Assembly: GCA_043228905.1 (NCBI GenBank)
Contig: JBHGNT010000001.1
Span: forward strand, 11,842,001 to 11,906,000
Direction: 5' to 3'
DNA length: 64,000 nt
Source: Azolla caroliniana
Taxonomy: Eukaryota; Plantae; Polypodiophyta
Shown here: positions 1 through 11,812 of the stretch, piece after piece
Position numbering within the stretch: position 1 is the first letter of the stretch
Layout of the letters: every line of letters starts with the position of its first letter
The notes under the pieces: generated by a model
What the model was told of the DNA's origin: nothing
Database searches by the model: none
The model's input: only the letters and a program-made list of their open reading frames with translations
Position numbers and translations under genes: made by a program

Positions 1-319
1 AAAGGAAGAGTACGGTGATGTGATGTGAATCCATTGGTCACAGAGAAGGGAGTGGTTAGTTTGGTAAAAACCCATTAATTAAATCCAAAAAAGGAAATAT
101 TTGGCCATAAGAGAGAAGCATGGGCGAACAACTTTTCATCAACTAGGATTTTTTAAAGGGAAAAACATAAGTTAGATCGAACCCTAGCATGAAATTTCAA
201 CTAGCTATGAAAAACCATTTATACCACTTGCATCGTTCATGTCATTTACAATCTTGATATGTTTAGAAATTGGTAAAAAATCATAGACCTACCCTCATCT
301 CTCTCTCTTTATGAGATTA

Positions 320-1870
320 ACCCACGTCTTTTACGACTCTGTTTTTGGAATTGCCATGGATACCCATGGAATGCTTGATTTAGCATAGAGGAGTTCACCA
401 ATGACTCAGATATCATATTTCTTGTTGAAACATGGGAGCATGATACTCAAAGGATTCAAGGTTTAGGAAACTATAATGTGCACTCTTTGATATGGGAGAA
501 AAACCCAAGACAAAGAAGAGGACAAGGAGGGGTGACGTGTTTCATTAAGAAGGAAATAGAGAAATATGTGTCAATCATAAAAAATGATGAACATAAATGC
601 TACATATGGCTTAAAATAGAAACACCTAATGATTTGCCCACTTTTGTAGTTGGATGTTATATTCCTCATCAAGATTCTACCTTTTATGCTTGTTTGGATC
701 AAGATCAACCTTTTGCCAATCTAGAAGATAATGTTGCTTATTTCAAATCTAAAGGGGACGTTACTGTCTTTGGTGACATGAATGCTTATACAAGAAGTTT
801 CCAACTTCATTCACAAGAATCTTTCATGCCACATATCTCAAGGATGCAAGAGGATATGCAAATGTATAGCCGCTCTTCTAGCAATGAAAAAGATCCGAAC
901 CAATTTGGGAAGTTACTCCTACAAATGTACAATAGTATCGAATTGCTTATTGCAAATGGTGTTTCCTTATGGCCCAACACTAATGGTTTTACATGTAGAA
1001 AACACAACGGAAATAGTGTGATTGACTATGTGCTACTTTCCGAAGGTATTTTGGATCGTATACATAACTTTTCACTTGGTGAATGGACACCAAAATCCAA
1101 TCATAAGGCTTTATGTATTGATCTCAAATGTATGCATAGGTTTGATTGTGAGAAGGCCATTGAAGATAAGAAACAACCGCACTTGAGCATGAACCTTAAG
1201 TGAGTGCCCATGTATTCTAAGATGGTTGAGGATATGCTACAAATGACAAAGATACAACATGGCGCCACACTAGAATGCAAATGGGAAGCTTTTAATAAAG
1301 CCATTCTCTCTTGTACAAACAAATGTTATTCGACCAACCGCACATCTTGGAAATGCACCAAGAAATTTAGGAAAAAATAGTTTGATAAAGAATGTTGTGA
1401 AGCTCGAAAGTGCCTTATGGTTTTGGATGTAGTTAAGGATAAAGAAAATTACCAAAAGCATTTGCATGAGTATATAAAGGCTTATTCAAAGAAAGAGACG
1501 AATATGGGAAGTTACTCAACAATTTCTCCAAACGCAAGAGAAAGCACATGCAGGTGCTTAATTTTGGGGAAATCTAAAGGGGACACATGTTGAGCGTTAT
1601 GGTGACTTAACTCTTCACGACTTTGTCTATGCATTGTGAGAATTTATATGAGTTATCTCTTGCAAGAAAGATGATGCGTTAATGGTTCTCTTTCACATAT
1701 GTCTCCCTTCTTTACAATTTAAGATATATAGAAATTGACCTCTCGAAAGGCAAGTGATCTTCAATGTATAAAGGTTGAAATGCAAATGGACGGGAAAGGA
1801 AGTACATGTATGGATAAGCCATATGTTTAATGATGCATTGCAACATGGTATGTCGTATGATTTGTCGTGA
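320..1870 (+). mobile_element. Degenerate non-LTR retrotransposon (LINE) fragment: APE endonuclease region followed by a decayed linker, truncated before or at the start of RT
   Basis: Translations show APE motifs: CFWNCHG (~340), IIFLVETW (~415), RRGQGGV, GCYIP, FGDMNA, SVIDY, KSNH (ORF 478-1203). Downstream frames are broken by stops and frameshifts. Confidence 0.8.
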
Positions 1871-1874
1871 CTCA

Positions 1875-4800
1875 TGAGTAGGACAGAGAGGGAGAAAGAG
1901 TTAACTTACACACATCCTCACCCATCGATGAAGAGATGAACCGCTCCATCGCACCTGCCTCTGCATGCATACACATAGGTCTGCCTCACGCCTCAATCTT
2001 CAAGCTTCCTCTCATCATGCTTCCTTACTTTCCTCTCCCCACGAATCCTTATCTTCATCTGTTGCGGCTATTGGAACAACCGCCACATGTATGGCTGATC
2101 TAACAACATGCAGATAGGGGAATAAGACAATGGTGTTTCATGCATATTCTCTTGTTACTCTAGCACTAAGTGGACAGACAATTATAGCCGCTAAGGTTGG
2201 TGCGTCAAGGTCGCCGGAGGGATCATCTGTTGAAGGAAAGTCTAGGATTGGAAGAGACAACAAGCAATCTGAAGTGGCAAGAACTTTGCTTAATAGGGTT
2301 GTAGGTGTTGGCTCGATGAACATTGATGTAGGTTCAAGACATGAACAATCACCACAAGGACGCAATCAACTTTATCGAGACTCCCGTGTAGCTAACCTAG
2401 ATGCAACTCCTATTTCGGACAATGTGATTGAACTCCTGTTATCGGAACAAGATAGGATTCATATTTTGCGAGAGATTCAAGTGATGGAAAGGCGAACGAT
2501 CATTGCACGTGTGTTGGGGATTCGTCCATCACGTGCTAATATGCATTTATTGTTGCAAGCTGCGTTAAAACAGGATGTTGACAATATTGTGGATGTGCAG
2601 ATGTTAGGAATGAACTACTATCAACTTGAGTTTGAATCAGATCGAATGGTGCCATTTATGTTAGAAAGGAAAGCTATCACAGTTAAGGGAGGATGGGTTT
2701 CTTTTCACAAATGGATCCACAATTTCTCGGCAAACCAAGTACACCATGAACTTTACTCTCTTTATACATGTATGGTGGTTCTCCTGAACTTGTGTAAAGA
2801 ATAGATCAATTCTATCGCTTTAATTGTTGCTATGACTGGTACGGTATTAGAGGTATATGATAATCCACGAAAAGAAGGAGACAAAATGTTAGGTGCGATG
2901 TCGGCTAAGATTCTGGTTTCTAAGGCTACGGTATTGTCGTCTCACATTCTGTTGCCCAATTTGTTGCACTCAACGTAGTCTCCATATTCTCAGAAAATCA
3001 TGTACCGAGGTCTGCCCAATCAATGTTTTCAGTGTTTCGGGTTTGGCATTTGGCCAAACATTGTCTTAAGTTTCGTAATGCCTCTCATATAGTGGAATCC
3101 TCTACGGCCATTATTCCATACAAGGCCACATTTGAGGGATGGACTATAGTAGGGAATAGGAAAACATCTCGACCAAGTAAAACTCAACAAGTACAACCTA
3201 ATAACCTTCAAGAATTTCCTCCCCTTCAAAATAAATATACAACACTTCAGGTAGATGATGAGGATCCTCAAGTGCCACTTGCTACAGGTTCATTGATCTC
3301 GTCGAAGACTAATACATGTCCCCCAATGACAACAATGCCTTCTAAATCATCTTCTCGGTTGATAGAGGGTCAACCACCTATCAAAATTATACAACGATCT
3401 TAGTTGAGTTTTCCTATTAAAACAATCTCGCCAGATAAATTGAAACAAAAGCAAGATGACATGGAGATTGAAATAGCTCAGCGAGGAAAGGTAGAGCTAC
3501 AAGGGTAGCAGAAGATGGTGGTTGTCACTATCCAACGATTGGAGGAAGTTGCACCTATACCTACAACTGATAATAACAAAGGAAAAACTCTTCATGAGAA
3601 AAAGGAAACAATGGAAGTAGAATTGTTATTGACAGAGAAAGAGGCCAATGGTTTCAAGTTTGGATCCTCGAAGGATATGGAAGCAGGCCACGTGTTGGAG
3701 AAGGCGTCAAAGAGCACATGGTTCACAAGTATGCAGGGAAGGACTTGCTAACAAAGCGACAAATCCGTGCTCAAGAGGGTGCTAAAAAGAGTCGTCAAGA
3801 TGTTCTCCTTGAGAAACGGACATCTTCAAATCATATGTAGTATGGACAAGTTAAATATCCTTGCCAGGAACATGCAAGGCTTGGGGGGTTAGGCCTTTCC
3901 TAGATTTAAAGGAATTATACGAGCAAATCTAGATACACCTAATGTTGGTGCTATTGATATTCTTTTTTTGCAAGAGCATCACTTGTCCACTGATAGGCTA
4001 CACAATTATGGTTCCATCCTGCCAAGGAGATGGATACATTTCTGGGTCCCAACGATAGGTCCAAATGGTAGACAAGTTGGTTTATGTATGGCTATTAAAG
4101 AACAATGGAAATCCATCATAGTCTCGACAGGTACTATTTTGAATAAAAGGGTGCAATTTCTTATACTCAAAGAGGACCTCAAAAGACTGGTATTATAAAT
4201 CTATATGCTTCTAACTCAACCTCATAAAGAGCTTCCTTTTGGATTTCTCTTTCTGAATACGCCGGATTAGCGGATTCTTGGCAACCTTGTGGGTGGTGAC
4301 TTTAACATGATTGAAGAAGCATCAGATAGAAGGGGAGGCTCAATCAGTACAATTACAAGCCGAGAAGTTAGAGCTTGGGATTCCTTTTGTTTCTCTTTTG
4401 GTTTATTGGACCTATGAAATACTCCATTTCTCGAATGCAAGGCTTGTTAGGAAACAGGTCCCTCCCGGATGGGAAGTGAGAAGAACAGTGTTGATGAGCA
4501 ACTCGGCCGAGGCCGAATCAGAATGTGGAGTACCCGACAACGGAAGACCCGGTGAGGACCGGATGACAAGTACACGGCAACGGAACACCCAGTGAGAACC
4601 GGATGTGGCAAGCCCGATGAGAACCTCTCATCGATGGAAGGGACATATATGTAAATATGTTCCAGAAAGCCCACTGGGGCTATATTTGTAAATAGCCCGA
4701 AAGTCATATTAGTATAAATATGACCTAGGGCAAACTTAATAGAAGATGATGTAGAGCTGGTTGTATTATTATCGTTGTGGCAATAATTCAGAGCGTAATT

Positions 4801-7800
4801 GTGTACAGAGAAGAGAGAGAGAGAGAGGAAGAGGTCGCCGCCTTTGTTGTAACCGCCTGGTGGCGAAGAGAGGGAACAAGAGGTCGTTGCCTCTATACCC
4901 CATTGTTGTAATCTTGATATAGTGATATTTTGCAGTCTGAGGGCTGCCGTGGTTTTTTTTTTCCCAGACTTGGGTTTTCCACGTTAACATCCAGTGCACT
5001 CTCTTCTTTACTATTTCGTGTGTAGATACATCTCACCACATCCCTGTTTTCTGTGCTTGATCCGACGTCTCGGTTGTGGCCAAGCATAGCTTAGGAAACC
5101 GTATTCCTTTCAAGGCTCTCTTCATTTCTCCCGGTCAAATAGTAGTGTGATTGCAGCTAATTTGGCACGATTGGATAGGTTCTATGCTAGTAGCTTTTTT
5201 TGGGAAGCTTATGTATCTTTCAGGATTATTGTTGGGACGGTAACTTCTGATCATTATCCATTGAAGTTAAACATTATATTCACCAGAAGATCCTATCTTA
5301 AGCAATTCCATATCCCGATCTCATTGCTTGGCGATGAAACTCATAGAGTTTCTATAGCTCAAATCTGGTCTAAATATAGCTTCTCTGATGCCTTTCTGCT
5401 CAGAGATATCACTTATGTCATCCTTGATATCAAGAGTTTCTTCATAAATATAGTTGGCTCTTCAATTAATCAATGTAGTGCACACAGATTGCTAATTTGT
5501 GTCGAGCATTGGCTGCAACACAAAAGTTATTGGAAAAATACCCAAACTCACCTTTGTTGCTCTCGGATTTACAACAAGTAAAAAGCAATTTAAAAGAAAA
5601 GCAACATGCGAGAGGCTTGTATTTCTACCAGAGTAATTCAACTTCTTGGTCACAAAAGTAGGATAGGGTTAACAGAGAGTTCTTCAGTCAATTTAAACAG
5701 AAGTATAAAACATTGTCCATTAAAACCCTAAAACGACTTGATGGTTCTTATACAACGGATGATTATGAGATGCGGGACATAGCTATGACATATTACCATA
5801 AGTTGTTATTTGCTAAATCCATCTCAGAGGAAGATCTTAATAAGAGAAAACTTGTACTAGAAACAGTACAACAGAAGGTCACTCATGTAATGGCTTCCCA
5901 GTTGCTTCAACCATTTACAGACACTGAAGTCTGGACAACGGCTAAATCCCTGGGTAAATATGTGTCCTGGAAAGGATGCCATAAGACTAGTATTCTATTT
6001 GCATTACTGAGACTTGTTGGGGCCTATTCTTACTAGAGCATTTAATTTAATTTTCTCAACAGGGAATATGCACGATGAATGGACGGAAGGAATCATATAT
6101 ATGATTCCGAAATTAGATGCTCAACGTGATGAAATCTGAAATATGGCGTGCAATAACTTTGCTTAACGACATCTATAAAATAGTAGCAAAGACTATAGCC
6201 AATAGAATGCGATCGTTCCTTCCCTCGATTATACATGATACACAATCAGGATTCCTTCAAGACAAAAGCATCTTTGACAATATCTTCCTTTTTTGGGAGA
6301 TGATGGCATTGGCTCAACATCACAAACAATCCCTTGCTATACTATTATTAGATTTTGAGAAAGCATATGATAAAGTAGATTGGGACTTTCTAGAGGCAGT
6401 TCTATTAAGATTAGGGTTTCCAAGTGCATGGATAAAAGGTGTGTCTGCATTATATAAACATGCTTCTAGCTTGGTTCTATTTTCTGGGGGCAATGGTACA
6501 TTATTTCCAATTTCTAGAACTGTCCAACAAGGTTGTCCGTTAGCACAGTTTCTTTTCATTTTATTTGGGGAAGCTCTATCATCTTTTCTTAGATCCTGAC
6601 GGCGGCCATCCAAGCAATAGCCTTACCTATTGCAAACACGACAGTTCTTGATGTTGAGTTTGCGAATGCCATTGCTCTTTATATTCATGGAGATGTTATT
6701 AATCTTGATTAGGTACATAATGCTTTGCAGATATTTTTAGATGCTATTGGAGCCTCTCTCAATTGGAATAAATCTGTAGGGCTTTGGGCCAGTGATGAAC
6801 CGTGTCCAGAGTGGTATCCAGGCTCTGCATTCTGTTGGCTTAATCATGGGGAGCCCGTTTGTTACTTAGGTTGTCTTGTTGGTATAGATTTACCATCTAA
6901 AGTGATCTTATCACCATTGCTATTATCAATCAAGCGTAAGTTGGTATATTGGGACTCACAGTAGTTATCCTTTGTAGGTCGGGTTGTCATTGTAAATTCG
7001 GTGATGTTGGACTCAATGTGGTTTATCGCATATGTTGGGATGTTCTCTAGGTTGGAAATCATGAAAGTTCAAAGCCTAATATGTAACTTCCTCTGGGGTA
7101 GAGAAAATGGGTCTCGTGCAGTGGCCAAGGTGGCATGGGATGTTTTGATTAGGCCAAAAAGCCAGGGAGGGTTGGCTTTAATAGATCCCTTGATACAATC
7201 TCGAGCTCTCTTGACAAAGTTTGTAGTAAGAGGACTATTGCCAAGGACACAAGCATGGAAGGGTATGCTGCTTAATCAGCTGATGCAATTATCTCCAAGA
7301 TGGGATGAAACTGGTTGCCTTCTTTGAAATGGATGTTCTTGACAGATGTATAGACACCAAGACAGAATTTAACATCCAATAGATTTGTCCTAGGAATCGT
7401 CAGAGCATGGGATGTAATCAAGAGTTTTTTACACAAGTAGATGCCTAACACATGGGATGGTTGGATGAATCAACTGTTTTTGGCTAATTCTCTCGTCCGA
7501 GATTCTATTAGAAATGTATTGGGCCTTAGACCTCGTCTTGCATGGGGAAAACTTGACAATGGGCCATCGACGTCAGTAGGATCCTAGATTCATTTTCAGC
7601 AGATGCCAGAAGTGGATCAGCTTAAGCAGTTACACTCGATATATGGGGTGAAGACAATGACAATGGATATTTCAGCGGCCTCCTCACATGCCTCATCGTG
7701 ACTTTAGCTAATGCAAGAGCATATGTGGTTTGGTTGCCTTACGAATGGCATGATGCTCTTTGTTAAAGGAATTTCTACAAACGACTCACGAGTGTATTTT

Positions 7801-8930
7801 TTATTTCCATATTCAATAGGATAATAAATTGCAGCCTTATACACCCTCAGATAATTTACTACAAAACCTACTCGTTGTTCTAGTTAGGGTGATTGCCAAA
7901 ATTGGTAAGAAATGGCTATTGGATCCACAACCGTCAATAGCTCATTTGTGGGATATGCTTCGGTTATATGCACGACATCAATTTAATAGGCTGATGTGGG
8001 AACCCCAGGGATGGTCCTAGACTAGTCCCATGATGAATCCAATGCATAAAGTTCCGTTCTTTCAGTATATTGTAAAATTTGGTAAAATCTTACTCATGTC
8101 TAAGAATATTCCAACTGTTGCGGCTCAAAAGCACTGGAGTAAGTGGGGTGTTTCAAGAAATCATTTGAAGGCTTATTGGAAATGGATTTGGTCTTTTAGG
8201 GGACCAACAAAATACATTCTCTTCAAATGGCTTTTACAACATGCAGCACTACCATTAGTTCACACATTGAAAGGAAATGTGGCAACTGTTCTTAGACAAT
8301 GTAGTTATTGCGGCGACTTGCAGGAAACTACCAAGCATGCTCTCTAGTCTTGTTCACTAGCCCATCAGGTATGGACTAAAGTTCTTTCTTTATTCCTGAA
8401 AATTAATGCAGGTTGCCTCTTCTCTTGGGGATCAACGGTATAGGGGGTTCTCCATTCCAGTCTCTTATTGTATGAGGCAAATGATGCTCTAGAGGCTAAG
8501 ACAGTCATCAACAAGCATCTAATATCTGTCTCCTCGAAAGCAAATGTGTGCAGCCCATGTATGGAAAACAGTATCTACGGTTACATTATAGACCTTATGG
8601 AAGTATAGTTGTAAAAGACGATATGATTCCATAATTCCCCTTCTCTCAAATATATTGTCAAAATTATGGGAGAGCTTATTGGCGGTAGTGCGTGGGCAAT
8701 ATGATAATATGTCGGGCTCTTCGAAGGTTGTTCTTAAGAAAAGGAAAAAATTATTGCAATTATGGAGGAAGTTGCCTCTATTCACGGTCTCCTCTCAAGG
8801 AGCAATCTGGAAATATCATCACCCCTAGCCCTTGCCCTGATCATCCTTTTTGTATATAACACTCTCTAATTGTACATTTTGAAGCCTTCCTGCGTTTTTT
8901 TCTTAATACTAATGAAGGAAATCTTTTTGG

Positions 8931-8935
<5 letters not shown>
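1875..8935 (+). mobile_element. Near full-length degenerate L1-clade LINE (ORF1 + ORF2), interrupted by a solo LTR
   Basis: ORF1 from 2130 resembles DUF4283 and has a frameshifted zinc knuckle YRGLPNQCFQCFGFG/HLAKHC (~3003-3065). ORF2 shows endonuclease motifs (FLQEH ~3965, GGDFN ~4293, ARLDRFY/SDHYP 5147-5581), RT (LLLDFEKAYDKVDW, QQGCPL 6117-6599), WDVLIRPKSQGGL (7001-7327) and zf-RVT CSYC...H (8030-8347). The 3' end runs into (GA)n at 8935. Many stops. The 5' boundary is approximate. Confidence 0.9.
4445..5086 (+). mobile_element. Solo LTR (~640 bp) inserted in the L1 endonuclease region
   Basis: Begins TGTTAGG and ends CCAAGCA (imperfect terminal inverted repeat). TATAAATA at ~4713. L1 endonuclease coding resumes after it. 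Flanking 5-mers AGGCT/TAGCT match only 3/5, so the TSD is degraded or the ends are slightly off. Confidence 0.65.
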
Positions 8936-8964
<29 letters not shown>

Positions 8965-8966
<2 letters not shown>

Positions 8967-9031
8967 AGATGAATGTAGCTCAGTTGGTAAGGTGGCCCAA
9001 TGGAGACCAGGTGGTCATGGGTGGTTTGTAG
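8965..9031 (+). other. tRNA-like / SINE-head remnant with an A-box and no intact B-box
   Basis: TAGCTCAGTTGGT at ~8975-8988 is a good Pol III A-box. It is followed by ...ggtcatgggt and is cut by the LTR starting at 9032. Confidence 0.4.
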
Positions 9032-9061
9032 TGTAACAACTTACCAATAAGGTAAGCTAAT

Positions 9062-9100
<39 letters not shown>

Positions 9101-9670
9101 AATGGAAATGAGATTGTATTATGAGAAAACAAGGTTACAAAGAGTGGAGTAAGGGCTAAAGACTGGTGTTGAACCTAATGAGTTGTGATGAATGTATGGA
9201 CACCTATTTATAGATCCTTATGAAGTATTCTAGAATATTTTAGATATTTATGATAATAATTACAATCATGAAATATTCAACAAATATCTTGTAATAACTA
9301 AAAGTATAATTATTATAATTACACATCATACATGTTACTACAATGGTTAAAGGTTCAACACATAGACCAAGAAGTTTGTGGGTTCGACTCTTGATAAGCC
9401 AAAATGTATGTGTTCATAACATTATCCCCCCCTTTTTTACGACGAGTTCCACAAGTTGGAAGACAAGAGTTCAGACTTGGTTTATGAGGATATTTGTTGT
9501 GAAATGCAGCAACCATTTCGGAGGCATTAGCAAGATGCTCGGCAGGCTCCCATGTTCGATCATTAGGTGCATAACCTAACCAATCAACCAAATAACATAG
9601 TTTGTTGCGGATGATCTTGGAGTCGAGAATGGTAGCAACCTTATATTCAAAGCCATTAACTAGGTGGATG
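9032..9670 (-). mobile_element. Ty3/gypsy chromovirus 3' remnant: integrase chromodomain, PPT and 3' LTR (9032-9421)
   Basis: Minus strand reads FEYKVATILDSKIIRNKLCYLVDWLGYAPNDRTWEPAEHLANASEMVAAFH (chromodomain), then PPT AAAAAAGGGGGGGATAA, then an LTR TGTTATGAAC...GTTGTTACA with TATAAATAG and a (CT)n tract. Confidence 0.85.
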
Positions 9671-11000
9671 TGAAGATATCCAAAATTACATTGGCTTGCT
9701 AATATCGAAATCCGAATGAAGTTGAACCAGAGGAGTTATTGATCTCATCCTTTATGCCAATGACATAGTTGGGGTTCAACCAATGCTTGCAATGTTGAAC
9801 ATGTGTCATGTCAATCTTTTGAACCGAATGGGAATGGTGATATTGCATGTCTTTTCTATGACCATGCAAACATGGTCAAGTAGTTATCCTCTAAATCTTG
9901 AAGGAAAACCCTTCACAATTTGAACCACCGCCCCCTCCTCCACCAAGCTTGAGTTGATTTCTTCTAATTCTATGGATTGCATGCAACTACTACACCATTG
10001 AAATTTCAGAATGGATATACACCAATGTGCATGGTGAGATACTTGATTAGGCTCGATGGTTGGATGGAGTGGCCATTGCTAGTCAAAGTGAAAAAGGACA
10101 AGTTGTTCAGGTGATGAGCCCCAATTGGTAGCAAGCATATTTAGTAATGACATCGACACGTGATTCCGTCATAGGAACCCCAAACTTTATATGAAAGGAG
10201 TGCCCAATATCCAACACTAAAGAGTTAGTTGTGGGGTTTTTGAAACTCATAAATTTGAAACAAGGCAAGAGGCATAAGAGCCTACAAAGAGGAAGTGTCT
10301 TCTCATTGTCTTGGAGGGTGAGCGAAATATCATAGGGCATGTGGTTTTGAGGTGTTTGACCACCATGACATTGTCAATGGTCCCGCAACTACTGTCAATT
10401 CTCTTTGAGAGGTCAATGTTGATGGCGATGAAATGTTGTTAATTAGGTTGTTGGCATTCTATATGTAGAGGAATACAACCACATGTGTCAACAATGCGTC
10501 CACAAATATTGTGGTAGGGTATGTCATCTTGAGCTACGACATGGTGGGTACGATGATGGGAAGTTGGGGGCATGGGACAATTCGGGGCCAAGCTACTCAT
10601 GCAAGATGCTAGGTGAGATGTTTGGGTTGACAAGTTGACATGCCATCAAGGGGTTGAACCCCCACTAGCTCCTCTCTCGAAGTCACTTGGGGGATTGTAG
10701 GGCTTCCTTATTCATTACAATGGACTTGTGGGAGCTATTTGACACTAAATGGAAGAATGTCAAGGTTGTCCTCTTGAACACATTGGAAAATTGTGGGAAT
10801 GTGCGATGTGGGCTTATTGGGAAAAAAAACATGTGGGTTATTGGTTTGTTTGTTCTATTTGTAAGACATACACTACCTTCTATTTCCTACTTGTTGAGCA
10901 ACTTTGTTGCGGCTGCTAAGTGTTATCGCCCTCCCTCAGGTTGATGATGTGAGTTGCAACTGGTCATATCATATATTGTCATTTATGCCATGGTCTCCAA
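9670..11000 (-). mobile_element. Highly decayed retroelement internal sequence (probably gag/protease of the adjacent gypsy element)
   Basis: Contiguous with the chromodomain remnant. Only short broken ORFs and no diagnostic motif, so the assignment rests mainly on position. Confidence 0.3.
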
Positions 11001-11304
11001 ATTATGTAAAGGCAATGCCTACATGACATTTAATACAATTAGTACGCCCAAACACTACACTCAAACACCATAAGTCTAGAAGGGATGTAAGCACCTGTCA
11101 AGCAACAATGTACCCAAATGTAGTGCTTATGTCTCTTACTCATGCCTCTGAATGTATTGCATATACCTATATGGATCCTAGCCATAGTGGCATAAACTTA
11201 CACAGCATCTTGGATTTGCAATGTCATAGGCATTCGACACCCAAGTAGTAAGATAATCTGTATATGGAAACAAGAATGTGCCAAAAGTAGTGATTCGAAG
11301 ATTG

Positions 11305-11520
11305 GACACAAACAGGGACACAAAGAGACTCATGTGTTGGCACTTGTGGCTAGGAGAAGTATAGATTCAAATTGACACCGACACAAGACATAGACATAGA
11401 CAAGACACAAACATAGATGACACAGACACAAGACATAGACACAGACACAGACACAGACACAAGACATAGACATAGACACAAACACAAACATAGACGTAGA
11501 CACAAACATAGACACACACA
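11305..11520. repeat. Degenerate hexamer microsatellite (GACACA/GACATA)n
   Basis: Directly visible tandem array; it produces the spurious CVCVCV ORF 11330-11521. Confidence 0.85.
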
Positions 11521-11812
11521 TGGTGGCACTTGTCGCTTAGGAGAAGTGATATATAGGGCGTAACAGAGATGTGTTAAGAGTAGCTACTACTAGCAAGGTA
11601 CGAAGAGAAGAGTCTTAAGAGAGAGAGTGTGTGTATAGAAGAAGAAGAAGAAGGGGGGAAGGGGTAGGTGTACGAATTTCTGAAAAAGGAAAGAGGGGTA
11701 TTTCGTGGATTTAGGAGACATCCAAGGCATACATACTCTTATCAGCAGCCGTTATTTCTCCAATAATCGTACGTAATGGAAAACACATGCAGAGAGAAAG
11801 AGAGAGACGGAT

